DNA from: a virus
Lineage: Duplodnaviria > Caudoviricetes
DNA: 64,000 nucleotides
IMG/VR virus record: IMGVR_UViG_3300044675_005052
Strand: one strand, 5' to 3'
The position numbers were made by a program, and so were the translations under genes. This document shows, in pieces, positions 18,159 to 27,738 of the stretch. The notes below the pieces were generated by a model. The model saw only the letters and a program-made list of their open reading frames with translations. It was not told where the DNA came from and did no database searches. Position 1 is the stretch's first letter; each line of letters begins with the position of its first letter.

Positions 18159-18715
18159 ATTCCTTTAATGTATACCCAATTTTTTTGATAATTTTTATTG
18201 TTCACACAGAACAAAGCATATCCATTAACTATTGGCCTTCCGGTATTATAACAACCACAAACAATTTTCCAATTACCATATCTACGATGTAATTGATGAA
18301 GTAATTTCATACTTGTCCGAATATTAAGTTCAATATCATTTTTTAAATTACCTTTGGAAATTTTTTGTCTGTGAACATAATTTGCGGTTGCTGGCATAAT
18401 CTGCATTGGACCAACAGCGCCAGCATAAGACGTTTGACCGGGTTTATATTTCCAATCAAATGGACCCTTATATCTTGTTTCTAAATAAGCTACGTTAAAC
18501 GCTATATGTTTTGGTATTTCGTAGATATCTGAATAATGATTAATTAACTCATACATCTTTAACGGAGTTGGGGAACTCAAATCTGAGTTCCCCAATTTAG
18601 AAAGTTCAATACTTGGATTTTTTTCCACTTTATTGTTCATTATTTTGAACGAAGTTGTTAACACAATCATTGACAAAATTAATGTTGTAAATAAGATTAT
18701 TCCACGTATTTTCAT
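18155..18715 (-). CDS. Lytic transglycosylase (SLT domain) with N-terminal signal anchor
   Basis: AYLETRY, AVGPMQIMP, YNTG motifs. Confidence 0.85.
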   Translation of the reverse strand: MKIRGIILFTTLILSMIVLTTSFKIMNNKVEKNPSIELSKLGNSDLSSPTPLKMYELINHYSDIYEIPKHIAFNVAYLETRYKGPFDWKYKPGQTSYAGAVGPMQIMPATANYVHRQKISKGNLKNDIELNIRTSMKLLHQLHRRYGNWKIVCGCYNTGRPIVNGYALFCVNNKNYQKNWVYIKGI

Positions 18716-18721
18716 AGTTCT

Positions 18722-19063
18722 TTATTTTATAGTTGATGTCGTAACAGTGTTGTTTTGACCCCATACGTTTTTGGCGTATAGCTTAAAAATAGTTTTCCCA
18801 ATTGAATCTTGGTATATACTATAATTACCTGTTTTTTTGTCAATAACTATTAAATGGTTGTTTTCATCGATTGCCAAATTAACTTCTGACTTAACAATTG
18901 TTCTAACTTGAACTTTTGATGATTTGTTTTTGTTGACCATTTGGTTGTAAAAAACTCCCACAAAGAACGCCGCAACAACAGAACACAAAATAATACCATA
19001 AATTGTTACACTCTTAAATATTGGTGTAACTTTGTCTTTCAATCTTTTTAGTTTTTCGTTCAT
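18722..19063 (-). CDS. Membrane-anchored hypothetical protein
   Basis: One TM segment; co-oriented with the SLT gene. Confidence 0.65.
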   Translation of the reverse strand: MNEKLKRLKDKVTPIFKSVTIYGIILCSVVAAFFVGVFYNQMVNKNKSSKVQVRTIVKSEVNLAIDENNHLIVIDKKTGNYSIYQDSIGKTIFKLYAKNVWGQNNTVTTSTIK

Positions 19064-19149
19064 AATTTTTTAAGTTTTAATGTTTTAACAAAAGTATGAA
19101 TAAAAAAATTAACTCACAAGTTTATTAACAAAAAAATGTTAATATCTCA

Positions 19150-19575
19150 TTAAGAGATACTAACAATTTCTAAATCAAAGATTAATTTTTTACCTGCTAA
19201 CGGGTGATTTGCGTCTAATGTAACGGTATCTTCAGTAACTGAAACAACTTTAACATTAACCGGACCTTGTGGTCCCATACCTTGCAACATTTCTCCGGCT
19301 TGTACTCCTTCAGGAACATTTGCTTTTGGTACTTCATTTATCATTTCGGCTCTTGGTTCACCATAAGCATCTGCAGATTCGATTTCAACCGTTTTTTTCT
19401 CACCTTCGCTCATGTCCATTAAACCAGCTTCAAATCCCGGAATTAATTGTCCTTGGCCTAAAGTTACTTCAATTGGTTCACGACCTTCAGTTAATGATGA
19501 ATCAAAAACAGACCCATCTTCTAATTTACCTGTGTAGTGTACTTTTACAGTATCACCTGTTTGAATTTTTCTCAT
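19150..19575 (-). CDS. slyD: FKBP-type peptidyl-prolyl cis-trans isomerase (SlyD-like, no His-rich tail)
   Basis: GDTVKVHYTGKLEDGSVFDSS, LIPGFE, DANHPLAGKKLIF. Confidence 0.92.
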   Translation of the reverse strand: MRKIQTGDTVKVHYTGKLEDGSVFDSSLTEGREPIEVTLGQGQLIPGFEAGLMDMSEGEKKTVEIESADAYGEPRAEMINEVPKANVPEGVQAGEMLQGMGPQGPVNVKVVSVTEDTVTLDANHPLAGKKLIFDLEIVSIS

Positions 19576-19697
19576 ATTTTAAATGTTTTTAGAAAATATA
19601 ACTTTAAATTTAATAATAATCAAATGTAATTGACAAAAAAAATAAAAATGACTATAATTATGGGTATAAATAACCTATTAAACCCCTTTATTATATT

Positions 19698-19892
19698 ATG
19701 TCAAACGAAGAACACGTTGAGGAAATGTACTATTTCGCTCACATTTCAGGAGTATTCAAAGAATTCTCAAATGAAGTAACTAGAATTAAAAACAATGGAC
19801 CTAAAAGAGATTTTTCGGAGGTCGTTGAAGACGTGTTTAATGAATTTGTATTAGAAGGTTTAATACAAACTGAATTATACTTATTTATTTAA
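19698..19892 (+). CDS. Hypothetical protein
   Basis: 64 aa ORF. Confidence 0.55.
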   Translation: MSNEEHVEEMYYFAHISGVFKEFSNEVTRIKNNGPKRDFSEVVEDVFNEFVLEGLIQTELYLFI

Positions 19893-20154
19893 GGTCTATT
19901 GAGTGTGTTAGTGTAATATTTTCTTGATAACCCATCCAATTCCAACTCTCCATAACTAACGACTCTAACCCTAATGGATATGTTTCAATACACATCTCCG
20001 GGTCTGTGGTTAAAAGTTTACAATCTATAGTTAATGATTTGTTATTTGTGGAATATTTGATATAATTTACAACAATGGTACTATCAACACCAAAAAGGAG
20101 GTCAATTTCTTTTTTTAATAATTTGTTTAAAAAATATTCAAAAGCTTTCTTCAT
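19885..20154 (-). CDS. Hypothetical protein
   Basis: ATATTTAT on minus strand at 20160-20167. Confidence 0.65.
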   Translation of the reverse strand: MKKAFEYFLNKLLKKEIDLLFGVDSTIVVNYIKYSTNNKSLTIDCKLLTTDPEMCIETYPLGLESLVMESWNWMGYQENITLTHSIDLK

Positions 20155-20219
20155 ATGTTATAAATATAGTTCAATATTTGACCTTTATCAATAAAGTTTG
20201 TATAATTAAAGAAAAAACT

Positions 20220-20441
20220 ATGTATCTAAATGTAATTTTAACAATTTTTATTATAGTACAGATTGCCGTTTGTGGTTGTATTATATATTGGTGGAAGAAA
20301 TATGGTAAAACACTCTTCAAAACCTTTACTGAACTTAAAAACACCCCATTTGGTGGTATGAATCATGGTCAATTGCCTGATATGAGTAAAATGATGGGTG
20401 ATTTGATGAATATAAGTAAAAACATGGGTAAATTTAAGTAA
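20220..20441 (+). CDS. Small membrane protein
   Basis: N-terminal TM helix; start at ATG 20220. Confidence 0.6.
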   Translation: MYLNVILTIFIIVQIAVCGCIIYWWKKYGKTLFKTFTELKNTPFGGMNHGQLPDMSKMMGDLMNISKNMGKFK

Positions 20442-20442
20442 T

Positions 20443-20667
20443 ATGGATGTTTTTAAGATGTCGGAAGAGTTTAATTGGGTCAATAGAGTTTTATACTCTT
20501 CAGAAACACACTACCATATGAAATGTTCGGATAATTTATTCAAAAATTTCCTAAATAAATGGAGATTTGAGATGACTGAGGACTTAAAAATCACATTATC
20601 TAATAATTTTAGTGTAAATTACAATGAACAAAGTGAAAAAATAGAAAAAAATGGTGTTATAATGTGA
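20443..20667 (+). CDS. Hypothetical protein
   Basis: TAA-T-ATG junction. Confidence 0.6.
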   Translation: MDVFKMSEEFNWVNRVLYSSETHYHMKCSDNLFKNFLNKWRFEMTEDLKITLSNNFSVNYNEQSEKIEKNGVIM

Positions 20668-20695
20668 TTTATAGTTATTTTTTTCATTTTTACCT

Positions 20696-20780
20696 ATATT
20701 TATAAATTCTATCACTCACATCAGAGTGCCTATATATCTTTCCCAAAAAAGGAGTTAGTTTTTCACTAATTCCTTTTTTT
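20696..20780 (+). ncRNA. Candidate small RNA (promoter motif, hairpin, terminator, no ORF)
   Basis: ATATTTAT 20696-20703; cactc/gagtg hairpin; aggagttagt/actaattcct terminator with T-run. Confidence 0.4.
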
Positions 20781-20820
20781 ATTTAAATAAATGTGTTATC
20801 TTTGTAGAAAATATTAAAAA

Positions 20821-21456
20821 ATGGAACCAGAAAAAGACATATTCGACCAATGGGCGGAAAAAAGAGAAAAAGAATCGTGGATTGTAAGAAAATTACGTTT
20901 TATTCCATTATGGTGGAACCACGAAGGGAAGTATTTACATCTTGAATTTAAAAGAGGTGTGAAAAACCTAATTTATTGGTTCCCAATCATATGGAAAGAC
21001 CGAAATTGGGATAGTCATTACATCTTTGAGATAATGAAACATAAATTATCTTCACAGGCGGACTATATTGGACGTAGAGATTTACATACTCGGGCTCAAT
21101 TAGATGCAAAACGAATGAGATTGTGTGTAAAATTGATGAAATTAGTTCAAGATGAATTTTATTCATCAGAATACTCGGATTATCATAAAACCAAACATTG
21201 GTTTGAACCAGTTCCGGGTGACGAAAGATTATCATCTTGGGAATCAAGAACATTGGAAGAGAATTTTGATGATTACTTCAAAAAATACCCATTAATCTAC
21301 AAAAGAGTAATTAATGGTGAGGGTCTTATTGATAGAAAAGGTCGTGAGGGGGATAAACAATTAATCGCAATGGATATTGGTTATATCAATCACGACAGAG
21401 CAAGAAAATTGTTATTCAAAATAATGGAAGAAAATATTGAAGGTTGGTGGGATTAA
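20821..21456 (+). CDS. Conserved phage hypothetical protein
   Basis: YWFPIIWKDRNWD pattern; TATCTTTG at 20797-20804. Confidence 0.75.
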   Translation: MEPEKDIFDQWAEKREKESWIVRKLRFIPLWWNHEGKYLHLEFKRGVKNLIYWFPIIWKDRNWDSHYIFEIMKHKLSSQADYIGRRDLHTRAQLDAKRMRLCVKLMKLVQDEFYSSEYSDYHKTKHWFEPVPGDERLSSWESRTLEENFDDYFKKYPLIYKRVINGEGLIDRKGREGDKQLIAMDIGYINHDRARKLLFKIMEENIEGWWD

Positions 21457-21956
21457 TTAGGTTCATATTAATTTTTTTTGTATTTTTGTCGTATAGTCAA
21501 GAACACGTACTGATTGGAGATTCTCAAACATTTTATTTGAGTAAACATTCTAAACAAATAAAACAGATTAGAAAATTATCAAAGAGCGGTATTGGGGTGT
21601 ATGGTTTAACTAAAAAAGTATTACCTTATCCAATATCACGTAATGTTAAAACAGTTTCTCTTTGTATAGGTGTTAACGACAATTACAAAGACGTTGGGAT
21701 TAAAGATTTAATGAATACAATTAAAAGAACTTTTCCAAACTCAACCATATACATTATTCAAGGTTCTTGGGGATGGGGACACGTTAAAAAATATAACTTA
21801 TCATCGGTATTACAATACTATCAAAAATTCAAACAATTTGGTGGTGAAATTATTGACCCCCCAATCGGGTATGGTGACCCACACAGAGATAAAAAAACAT
21901 ATAAAACAATAATAAAAAAAATTGAATCTTTAATAAATAAAAATAATGAGTATTGA
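21444..21956 (+). CDS. Secreted SGNH/GDSL-like hydrolase
   Basis: Signal peptide ending YSQ; LIGDSQ, G, GVND and D..H motifs. Confidence 0.6.
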   Translation: MVGLIRFILIFFVFLSYSQEHVLIGDSQTFYLSKHSKQIKQIRKLSKSGIGVYGLTKKVLPYPISRNVKTVSLCIGVNDNYKDVGIKDLMNTIKRTFPNSTIYIIQGSWGWGHVKKYNLSSVLQYYQKFKQFGGEIIDPPIGYGDPHRDKKTYKTIIKKIESLINKNNEY

Positions 21957-22110
21957 AACTATATTTGGTATTGTATTGGGATTGGTGTTCTTGGGGATAA
22001 TAATCCTATGGGTTAAAGGGATTGATTATATGAAAAAAAATTATCCGGATTATGAAGGAAAAGAATTTTTTAACGAAGAAGAAGAAAGAAAAGATTATGA
22101 CGAAAATTAA
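21946..22110 (+). CDS. Small membrane protein (54 aa), not in ORF track
   Basis: MSIETIFGIVLGLVFLGIIILWVKG...*. Confidence 0.6.
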   Translation: MSIETIFGIVLGLVFLGIIILWVKGIDYMKKNYPDYEGKEFFNEEEERKDYDEN

Positions 22111-22115
22111 AAATT

Positions 22116-22811
22116 ATGAAAATTACATTAATAAGTGATACGCACAACAAACACAAACAAATAACTGTAGACTTACCGGGAGGAGATTTGTTAGTTCATA
22201 GTGGAGATATTTCTTCAATGGGATACGAACACGAAATCAGAGAGTTCTGTAAGTGGTTCAACGATATTGAAGGTTATACTCACAAGGTATTTATTGCCGG
22301 AAATCACGATTGGGGTTTCCAAGACAATGTTGAGAAGGTAAAAGAAATTTTAGATTTTTACACCGGAATTACATATCTTCAAGACAGTGAATTGGTAATA
22401 AAAGTTGGTGATGAAAGAGAAGTTAAAATTTATGGTAGTCCTTGGCAACCTTGGTTTCACGATTGGGCGTTTAACCTACAGAAAAATGGTTTAGCTCTTT
22501 CGGGTAAATGGGAAGGAATTCCTGATGATACTGACATCTTACTTACTCATGGGCCAGCGTTTGGAATCTTAGATACCGTTGATGGTAGAAGATATGATAA
22601 TTTAGGTTGTGAGTTATTAGTTGAGAGATTAGAGAGATTGAATGTGAAAATTCACAATGTTGGTCATATCCACACCGGTTATGGTTACGTTAGAAAAGGT
22701 GATACTCATCACTTTAATTCTGCGGTATTAGATGAACGATATGTTTATTCTCAAAAACCAATGACTATTAATTGGAATCCGGAAACAAACGAAGTAGAGT
22801 TTGTTAAATAA
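22116..22811 (+). CDS. Calcineurin-like metallophosphoesterase
   Basis: ISDTH, HSGD, AGNHD, THG, GHIH motifs. Confidence 0.9.
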   Translation: MKITLISDTHNKHKQITVDLPGGDLLVHSGDISSMGYEHEIREFCKWFNDIEGYTHKVFIAGNHDWGFQDNVEKVKEILDFYTGITYLQDSELVIKVGDEREVKIYGSPWQPWFHDWAFNLQKNGLALSGKWEGIPDDTDILLTHGPAFGILDTVDGRRYDNLGCELLVERLERLNVKIHNVGHIHTGYGYVRKGDTHHFNSAVLDERYVYSQKPMTINWNPETNEVEFVK

Positions 22812-22841
22812 AAAACCCCTCTGTTGAGGGGTTTTATGTTT

Positions 22842-23174
22842 TTAGAAGTTATTTCTTTCTACGTTTACGTAACTTTCAACACTTACATTTAATTTTCCTG
22901 CTATGATGGATAATAAAACCTCATCATTAGTACCCCATGTCGATAATTCATCTGAGGTTAAAGTTAAATTAGATTGTGTTCTTGATTGAAATGATGTTAC
23001 AACACCCTCAACTTCGGTAATTGTTCCAAATTCAAGTGCAAAGTTTGTTTGAGTAGCTCCCGCTACGTAAGGTCTTGCAATCGCAGTCATATACTCTAAT
23101 GAGATTGTTGTAGAACTAAATGGTGTTACTTCTGTAACTTTTTCAGCTGCTGGATTAATTTTTGCTAATAACAT
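22842..23174 (-). CDS. Hypothetical protein, possibly structural
   Basis: T/S-rich beta-type composition; ATATTTAT on minus strand at 23192-23199. Confidence 0.6.
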   Translation of the reverse strand: MLLAKINPAAEKVTEVTPFSSTTISLEYMTAIARPYVAGATQTNFALEFGTITEVEGVVTSFQSRTQSNLTLTSDELSTWGTNDEVLLSIIAGKLNVSVESYVNVERNNF

Positions 23175-23201
23175 AATTTTTGTTTTTATTTATAAATATA
23201 G

Positions 23202-23387
23202 TTAATTCATTAATTGTTGAACTCTACTCATAATTTTATGTTGTTCCATTTGGAGTTTTTGAATTCTTTCCTGTTGTTGAGAATTTAAATCAATACTTTC
23301 ACCTTTAATTGAGGCGATTTCATTTGCCAATCTATCATAATTGTATGTTAGTTGACTGTACAGTTGTGCTTTTTGTTCGTCGTTCAT
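23202..23387 (-). CDS. Small coiled-coil protein
   Basis: 61 aa, Q-rich heptads. Confidence 0.6.
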   Translation of the reverse strand: MNDEQKAQLYSQLTYNYDRLANEIASIKGESIDLNSQQQERIQKLQMEQHKIMSRVQQLMN

Positions 23388-23490
23388 ATTTTAATAATAA
23401 TTATATAAGTATCTTTGTAAATAAATTTATTTTAAATAAAAAAATTTAATATACTTGTTTTTTTATCTGAATATAGTATATTTATTACCA

Positions 23491-23571
23491 ATGAAACGAT
23501 ATGAATTATACACGCCGAACAATTATATTACTTAACAAGTAAATCCCTTCTATATTGAAGGGATTTTTTTT
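23491..23571 (+). promoter_or_regulatory. Putative attenuator: 14-aa leader peptide (MKRYELYTPNNYIT) plus terminator
   Basis: ORF 23491-23535 with tandem Asn codons; aaatcccttc-tatatt-gaagggattt plus T-run. Confidence 0.5.
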
Positions 23572-23608
23572 GCCCATATGTGAACAATTAACCTTAAATA
23601 TTAAAACT

Positions 23609-24469
23609 ATGAAAAACACAAAAACTTACCACGAATTGGTACAAAAAATGAGAACGTTCTTTGTTAACAAGAACTTTATTGAGGTTCCATCTCAATCACG
23701 ATTATCTATTTTAGCTGCTTGCGAAAATCCACATTCAGTGAAAACATTTGAATATAGTAGTGAAATTTGGCCATTACCTCAAACCGGACAAATGTGGTTG
23801 GAGTATGAATTATTAAAAAATCCTGAATGGGATGGAGTATTCTGTATTTCAACATCATACAGAGAAGAAAAGAATCCAATCCCGGGTCGTCACGAATTAA
23901 TCTTTCCAATGTTTGAATTTGAATCAAAAGGGACTATGGAAGATTTAGTTGCGTTAGAACTTGAATTGTTACAATTTTTAGGATTCACAACACCGGTTGA
24001 AGTTAATTATGAAGATGTGTGTGAGGAATACGGTGGTGTTAAAATATTAGAAGATGAACACGAATCAAAAATGTGGAAAGAAAAAGGTGATATTATCTCA
24101 CTTCAAAACTTCCCAATACGAACCAATCCATTTTGGAATATGAAACACGGAGAAGATAACATCTTTAACAAAGTGGATGTGATTATGTTTGGACAAGAAA
24201 CTATTGGCTCTGCTGAGAGAAGTTGTGATGTTAAAAAGATGAAAGAAATGTTTTACACAATTGAAGATGGGGGTTATTCCGATAAGTTGTTTGAATTGTT
24301 TGGAAAAGACAGAGTTGAAAAAGAATTGGAAGAATTCTTATCTTTGAACTTCTTTCCAAGATTTGGAGCGGGTATTGGTTTAACAAGATTGGCGAGAGCT
24401 TATGAGATGAATAAAAAACAAAAACAAAGCATTTATAAAGAATTAATTGAAATGTCTGAAAATGAATAG
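23609..24469 (+). CDS. Class IIb aminoacyl-tRNA synthetase catalytic-core paralog (archaeal AsnA/AsnRS2-like)
   Basis: Motif 2 YREE...GRH...FPMFEFE; ETIGSAER; motif 3 GAGIGLTRL; no anticodon-binding domain; start at ATG 23609. Confidence 0.8.
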   Translation: MKNTKTYHELVQKMRTFFVNKNFIEVPSQSRLSILAACENPHSVKTFEYSSEIWPLPQTGQMWLEYELLKNPEWDGVFCISTSYREEKNPIPGRHELIFPMFEFESKGTMEDLVALELELLQFLGFTTPVEVNYEDVCEEYGGVKILEDEHESKMWKEKGDIISLQNFPIRTNPFWNMKHGEDNIFNKVDVIMFGQETIGSAERSCDVKKMKEMFYTIEDGGYSDKLFELFGKDRVEKELEEFLSLNFFPRFGAGIGLTRLARAYEMNKKQKQSIYKELIEMSENE

Positions 24470-24480
24470 TATTTATTACT

Positions 24481-24678
24481 ATGAAGAAATTTTTAATATT
24501 TTTTATAATATGGATGGGTAGTAATTTGGCAGTCCCATTTTGGGTTGTTGGGCATATTCATTTAAGTTTGAATATCTATCAAGACATTCATGAAATATTA
24601 GCATCTTGTGGTATGAACTTATTAGTTTTATTAGCTTTTTGGTTTGAATGGAAAAAACATAAAAAAGAAGAAGAATAA
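24481..24678 (+). CDS. Small membrane protein
   Basis: Two hydrophobic segments. Confidence 0.6.
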   Translation: MKKFLIFFIIWMGSNLAVPFWVVGHIHLSLNIYQDIHEILASCGMNLLVLLAFWFEWKKHKKEEE

Positions 24679-24714
24679 TTTTGAAATATCATAAATATTA
24701 TTTAATTTTGTCCT

Positions 24715-24900
24715 ATGAGTTTAGTAGTAAAAGAATTAGGTAAAAAATGGGAACAAGTTTTTGATGACCCCGATGAAACAATTATTTGGAGATACGACAC
24801 TTCAAAGAATAAGTTTGGACCTTACGAGGTTGAAATTAAATATAAAAAACCTGTGGTTAAAACCAAGAAGGTTACAAGAAAGGTTACTTTAAATAAGTAA
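24715..24900 (+). CDS. Hypothetical protein
   Basis: 61 aa ORF. Confidence 0.6.
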   Translation: MSLVVKELGKKWEQVFDDPDETIIWRYDTSKNKFGPYEVEIKYKKPVVKTKKVTRKVTLNK

Positions 24901-24906
24901 CCTTTT

Positions 24907-25353
24907 TTATTTTGGTTTAATAATTCTTTTTTTTGCATTCTCAATTAAAAATGGTTCAACACCGGGAATTTTTTGTAAAAAATCTAATTCATATATGTAA
25001 ACCATTGTTTCTTCATCAATCTCTGACATTTTAACTCCTAATTTTCTAAACATAAGATGTCTCGATTCGTGTACTAAAACCGCTGCTACATTATTTACAG
25101 ACCCCCTCATTATATCTGCTTGAGATATCATAATTGTGTGGTCATTTTCTGATGTTGAGAAATTACCATTCCAAAAAGTTACGTGGTCACATACCTCAAT
25201 TAACTTATCGTATTTTTCACTATCAACTTTTTTAATTAAGGTTATTGCTTGATTAACTTTATCTACCCATCCATCACCAACGTTATCAACTTTAATTTGT
25301 GCTACAACGTTGTAGTTAAATAAAACCAAGAATAGGACTACAAAATATTTCAT
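24907..25353 (-). CDS. Secreted HExxH metallopeptidase-like protein
   Basis: Signal peptide ending VAQ; VLVHESRH...E. Confidence 0.65.
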   Translation of the reverse strand: MKYFVVLFLVLFNYNVVAQIKVDNVGDGWVDKVNQAITLIKKVDSEKYDKLIEVCDHVTFWNGNFSTSENDHTIMISQADIMRGSVNNVAAVLVHESRHLMFRKLGVKMSEIDEETMVYIYELDFLQKIPGVEPFLIENAKKRIIKPK

Positions 25354-25450
25354 AAGTTTTTTATAAATAAATAGTTCGGTTAAGTTCTATATTGCGATTT
25401 TATGATATTTATCATCAGAGTAAATAAATTTAAAATAAAAAAAAACCTAA

Positions 25451-27340
25451 ATGAAAAAATTAGTAACCTTACTATTTTTATTTGTTGGTTTAGTAGGTTT
25501 CTCACAGGTTTGTCCAACCCCAACTACAACAGGGGCTTTCGTGACACTTGATGCGACCTATCAAATAGCAACAACAGCCGCTGGTAATACTGAAGTTGGT
25601 TTGTGTTTTTACAACAACACAACCGAACTTATTACCGCAGCACAATTCAGAGTGTTTTATGACAAAAACACCTTTTCAGGTGTTTCAAACGTTACGTCAT
25701 TAAACACATCTTATGCACAGTATCTACAATTTGTGGATAATCCAGCTGTGGGGTTTGTGACAATCACTATGTCATATACCGGAAACTTATCCTCGTTTAC
25801 GATACCAAATGGTGCGTTTGTTAAGTTAAACTTAACTCACGTTGCGGGATTTGCGTCGTTAACGTCTACAACACCAATGACTTTTTCAGGTGTGCAAACA
25901 TTCCCACAAACAGCTACAAATCAAGCGGGTATGGATTACGCACTTACATTACAAAACTTTGGTGGTGTATTCTTACCACAAACATTTTCTTATAGTGGTA
26001 CATTCACTAACGTAACTGGTTCAGGTGCTAAAAACATTCCTGTTATTTTAGAGAAAAAATTAATGACCGCATCAACTTGGACTACGGTAACAACTTCAAC
26101 AACAGATGTTGATGGTAACTTTACGTTCACTAACTTACCAATAGACATCACAAGTTGGGATGTTAGAATTAGAGTTAACGGTTCAACATTGGCGACAGGA
26201 AATATTATCTCCGTGTCTGATTCGCAAAAAATTAACAGATTCGTGTTAGGTCAAGATACACCTACAGGATTTGATTTTTATACGGCTGACGTAAATGGTG
26301 ATAACAACATTACTGTATCAGACGTTTATGGTGTATTTGGAAGAGTATCAGGAAGATTTACTTCTTGGCCAAACTCGGTTAAGGATATTAAATTCTTTAG
26401 TGTTTCAGAATACGCATCTATTAACGGAGCAACAACTTCATTACAATCTACAATTCAGGGTGTAACTGATTTAGTGTTCAACATCTTACCAGGAGCAGGA
26501 AACTCAGTAACATTCTACGTAGCAGCTCCGGGTGACGCAAACGGAACAGGATTCCAAATGGCTCGTATGACACCAATTGAAATTATAAATCCTGCTAACG
26601 CACCATTACACATTATCGATGTTACTACAACATATGATAATAATACATTAAACACTATTGAGGTTCACTATCCAAATTTATCAGTTAATGAAGAAAATTT
26701 AGTTGAAGTTCCGGTATCAGTTAAAACAAACGGAAGACAATTAGGTTCATTACAATTGGCGATGAATTATAATAGTGAATTATTAGATTTCAAAGGGATT
26801 AGAGCGGAATCTAAAATTGGTGGTTGGTTATCATTTATGAATCCTAACGATAATGTAGTTGAATGGGGGGGATATGACCCGACACTTAATACAAAATTGT
26901 TAAATGACAATGAATTGGCGTTTACTCTACAATTCATTTCAAAACAAATTCAAAGTGATTGGATGGTAAGTCCGTTATATGTGACTAGAAAACATGCTGG
27001 TGATACATTTGCAAGAGACCTTAAAATTACACCAACGGATGGAATTGTTCAAATTATGAGAGTTGGGAATATTGGAAAATTAATTGGTGATATGACAGTT
27101 TATCCAAATCCTGTTGATGATTTGGTAAATGTAAAATTTAGAGTTACAGAAAACGGGAATACATGGTTAGGGATTTATTCTTTAGATGGTAGAGAGATTA
27201 AAGTAATAGTTAATCAATCAATGCCGGAAGGAGAATATACTTACATGTCAAATTTAGGTTATTTACCTAGTGGTGAATATATCGCAGTATTAAGAAAGAA
27301 AGATTTACCAATGACTTCTAAAATATTGATTAAAAAATAA
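25451..27340 (+). CDS. Secreted cohesin / beta-sandwich / dockerin / cohesin protein with T9SS C-terminal sorting domain
   Basis: SP ending FSQ; QFRVFYD and QLAMNYN cohesin-like patterns; DVNGDNNITVSD; VYPNP...IYSLDG...LPSGEY CTD. Confidence 0.8.
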   Translation: MKKLVTLLFLFVGLVGFSQVCPTPTTTGAFVTLDATYQIATTAAGNTEVGLCFYNNTTELITAAQFRVFYDKNTFSGVSNVTSLNTSYAQYLQFVDNPAVGFVTITMSYTGNLSSFTIPNGAFVKLNLTHVAGFASLTSTTPMTFSGVQTFPQTATNQAGMDYALTLQNFGGVFLPQTFSYSGTFTNVTGSGAKNIPVILEKKLMTASTWTTVTTSTTDVDGNFTFTNLPIDITSWDVRIRVNGSTLATGNIISVSDSQKINRFVLGQDTPTGFDFYTADVNGDNNITVSDVYGVFGRVSGRFTSWPNSVKDIKFFSVSEYASINGATTSLQSTIQGVTDLVFNILPGAGNSVTFYVAAPGDANGTGFQMARMTPIEIINPANAPLHIIDVTTTYDNNTLNTIEVHYPNLSVNEENLVEVPVSVKTNGRQLGSLQLAMNYNSELLDFKGIRAESKIGGWLSFMNPNDNVVEWGGYDPTLNTKLLNDNELAFTLQFISKQIQSDWMVSPLYVTRKHAGDTFARDLKITPTDGIVQIMRVGNIGKLIGDMTVYPNPVDDLVNVKFRVTENGNTWLGIYSLDGREIKVIVNQSMPEGEYTYMSNLGYLPSGEYIAVLRKKDLPMTSKILIKK

Positions 27341-27401
27341 TTTTCGGGGTTGTTAAGACCCCACAGCCTTATAGGAAAATAAACAATAAAAATTAATTAA
27401 A

Positions 27402-27737
27402 ATGTCAGAAGAAACAAACGCACCTGAATCAGACGGGACTTGGTCAGGATTAAAAAAAACAATTATCGGAACTTTAACTACTGTGGTAGCGGGAGGAGGT
27501 GTTTGGTTAAGTACGCAGCTTTTCGGTGGTCACTCTGAAGAAGAAAAAGACGCTAAAACAGAACAGGTAGCGCCTGCACCTGTTGTGGTAAATTTAACAA
27601 ATAATAACACTAACCAACAAAAACAACAAGGTGGTGGAACAACAACTATTATTAAAGAAAAAACTGTAGAAAAACAAGCGGCACCAACAACAGCTCCGGC
27701 TGCTCCGGCTAAACCAAAGGAAGAAGACCCTTGGTAA
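27402..27737 (+). CDS. Membrane-anchored low-complexity protein
   Basis: TM segment plus P/A/Q-rich tail. Confidence 0.7.
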   Translation: MSEETNAPESDGTWSGLKKTIIGTLTTVVAGGGVWLSTQLFGGHSEEEKDAKTEQVAPAPVVVNLTNNNTNQQKQQGGGTTTIIKEKTVEKQAAPTTAPAAPAKPKEEDPW

Positions 27738-27738
27738 G

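Noticed and set aside
23609-24469. Complete functional AsnRS, AspRS or LysRS
   Set aside because: Only about 286 aa, with no anticodon-binding domain
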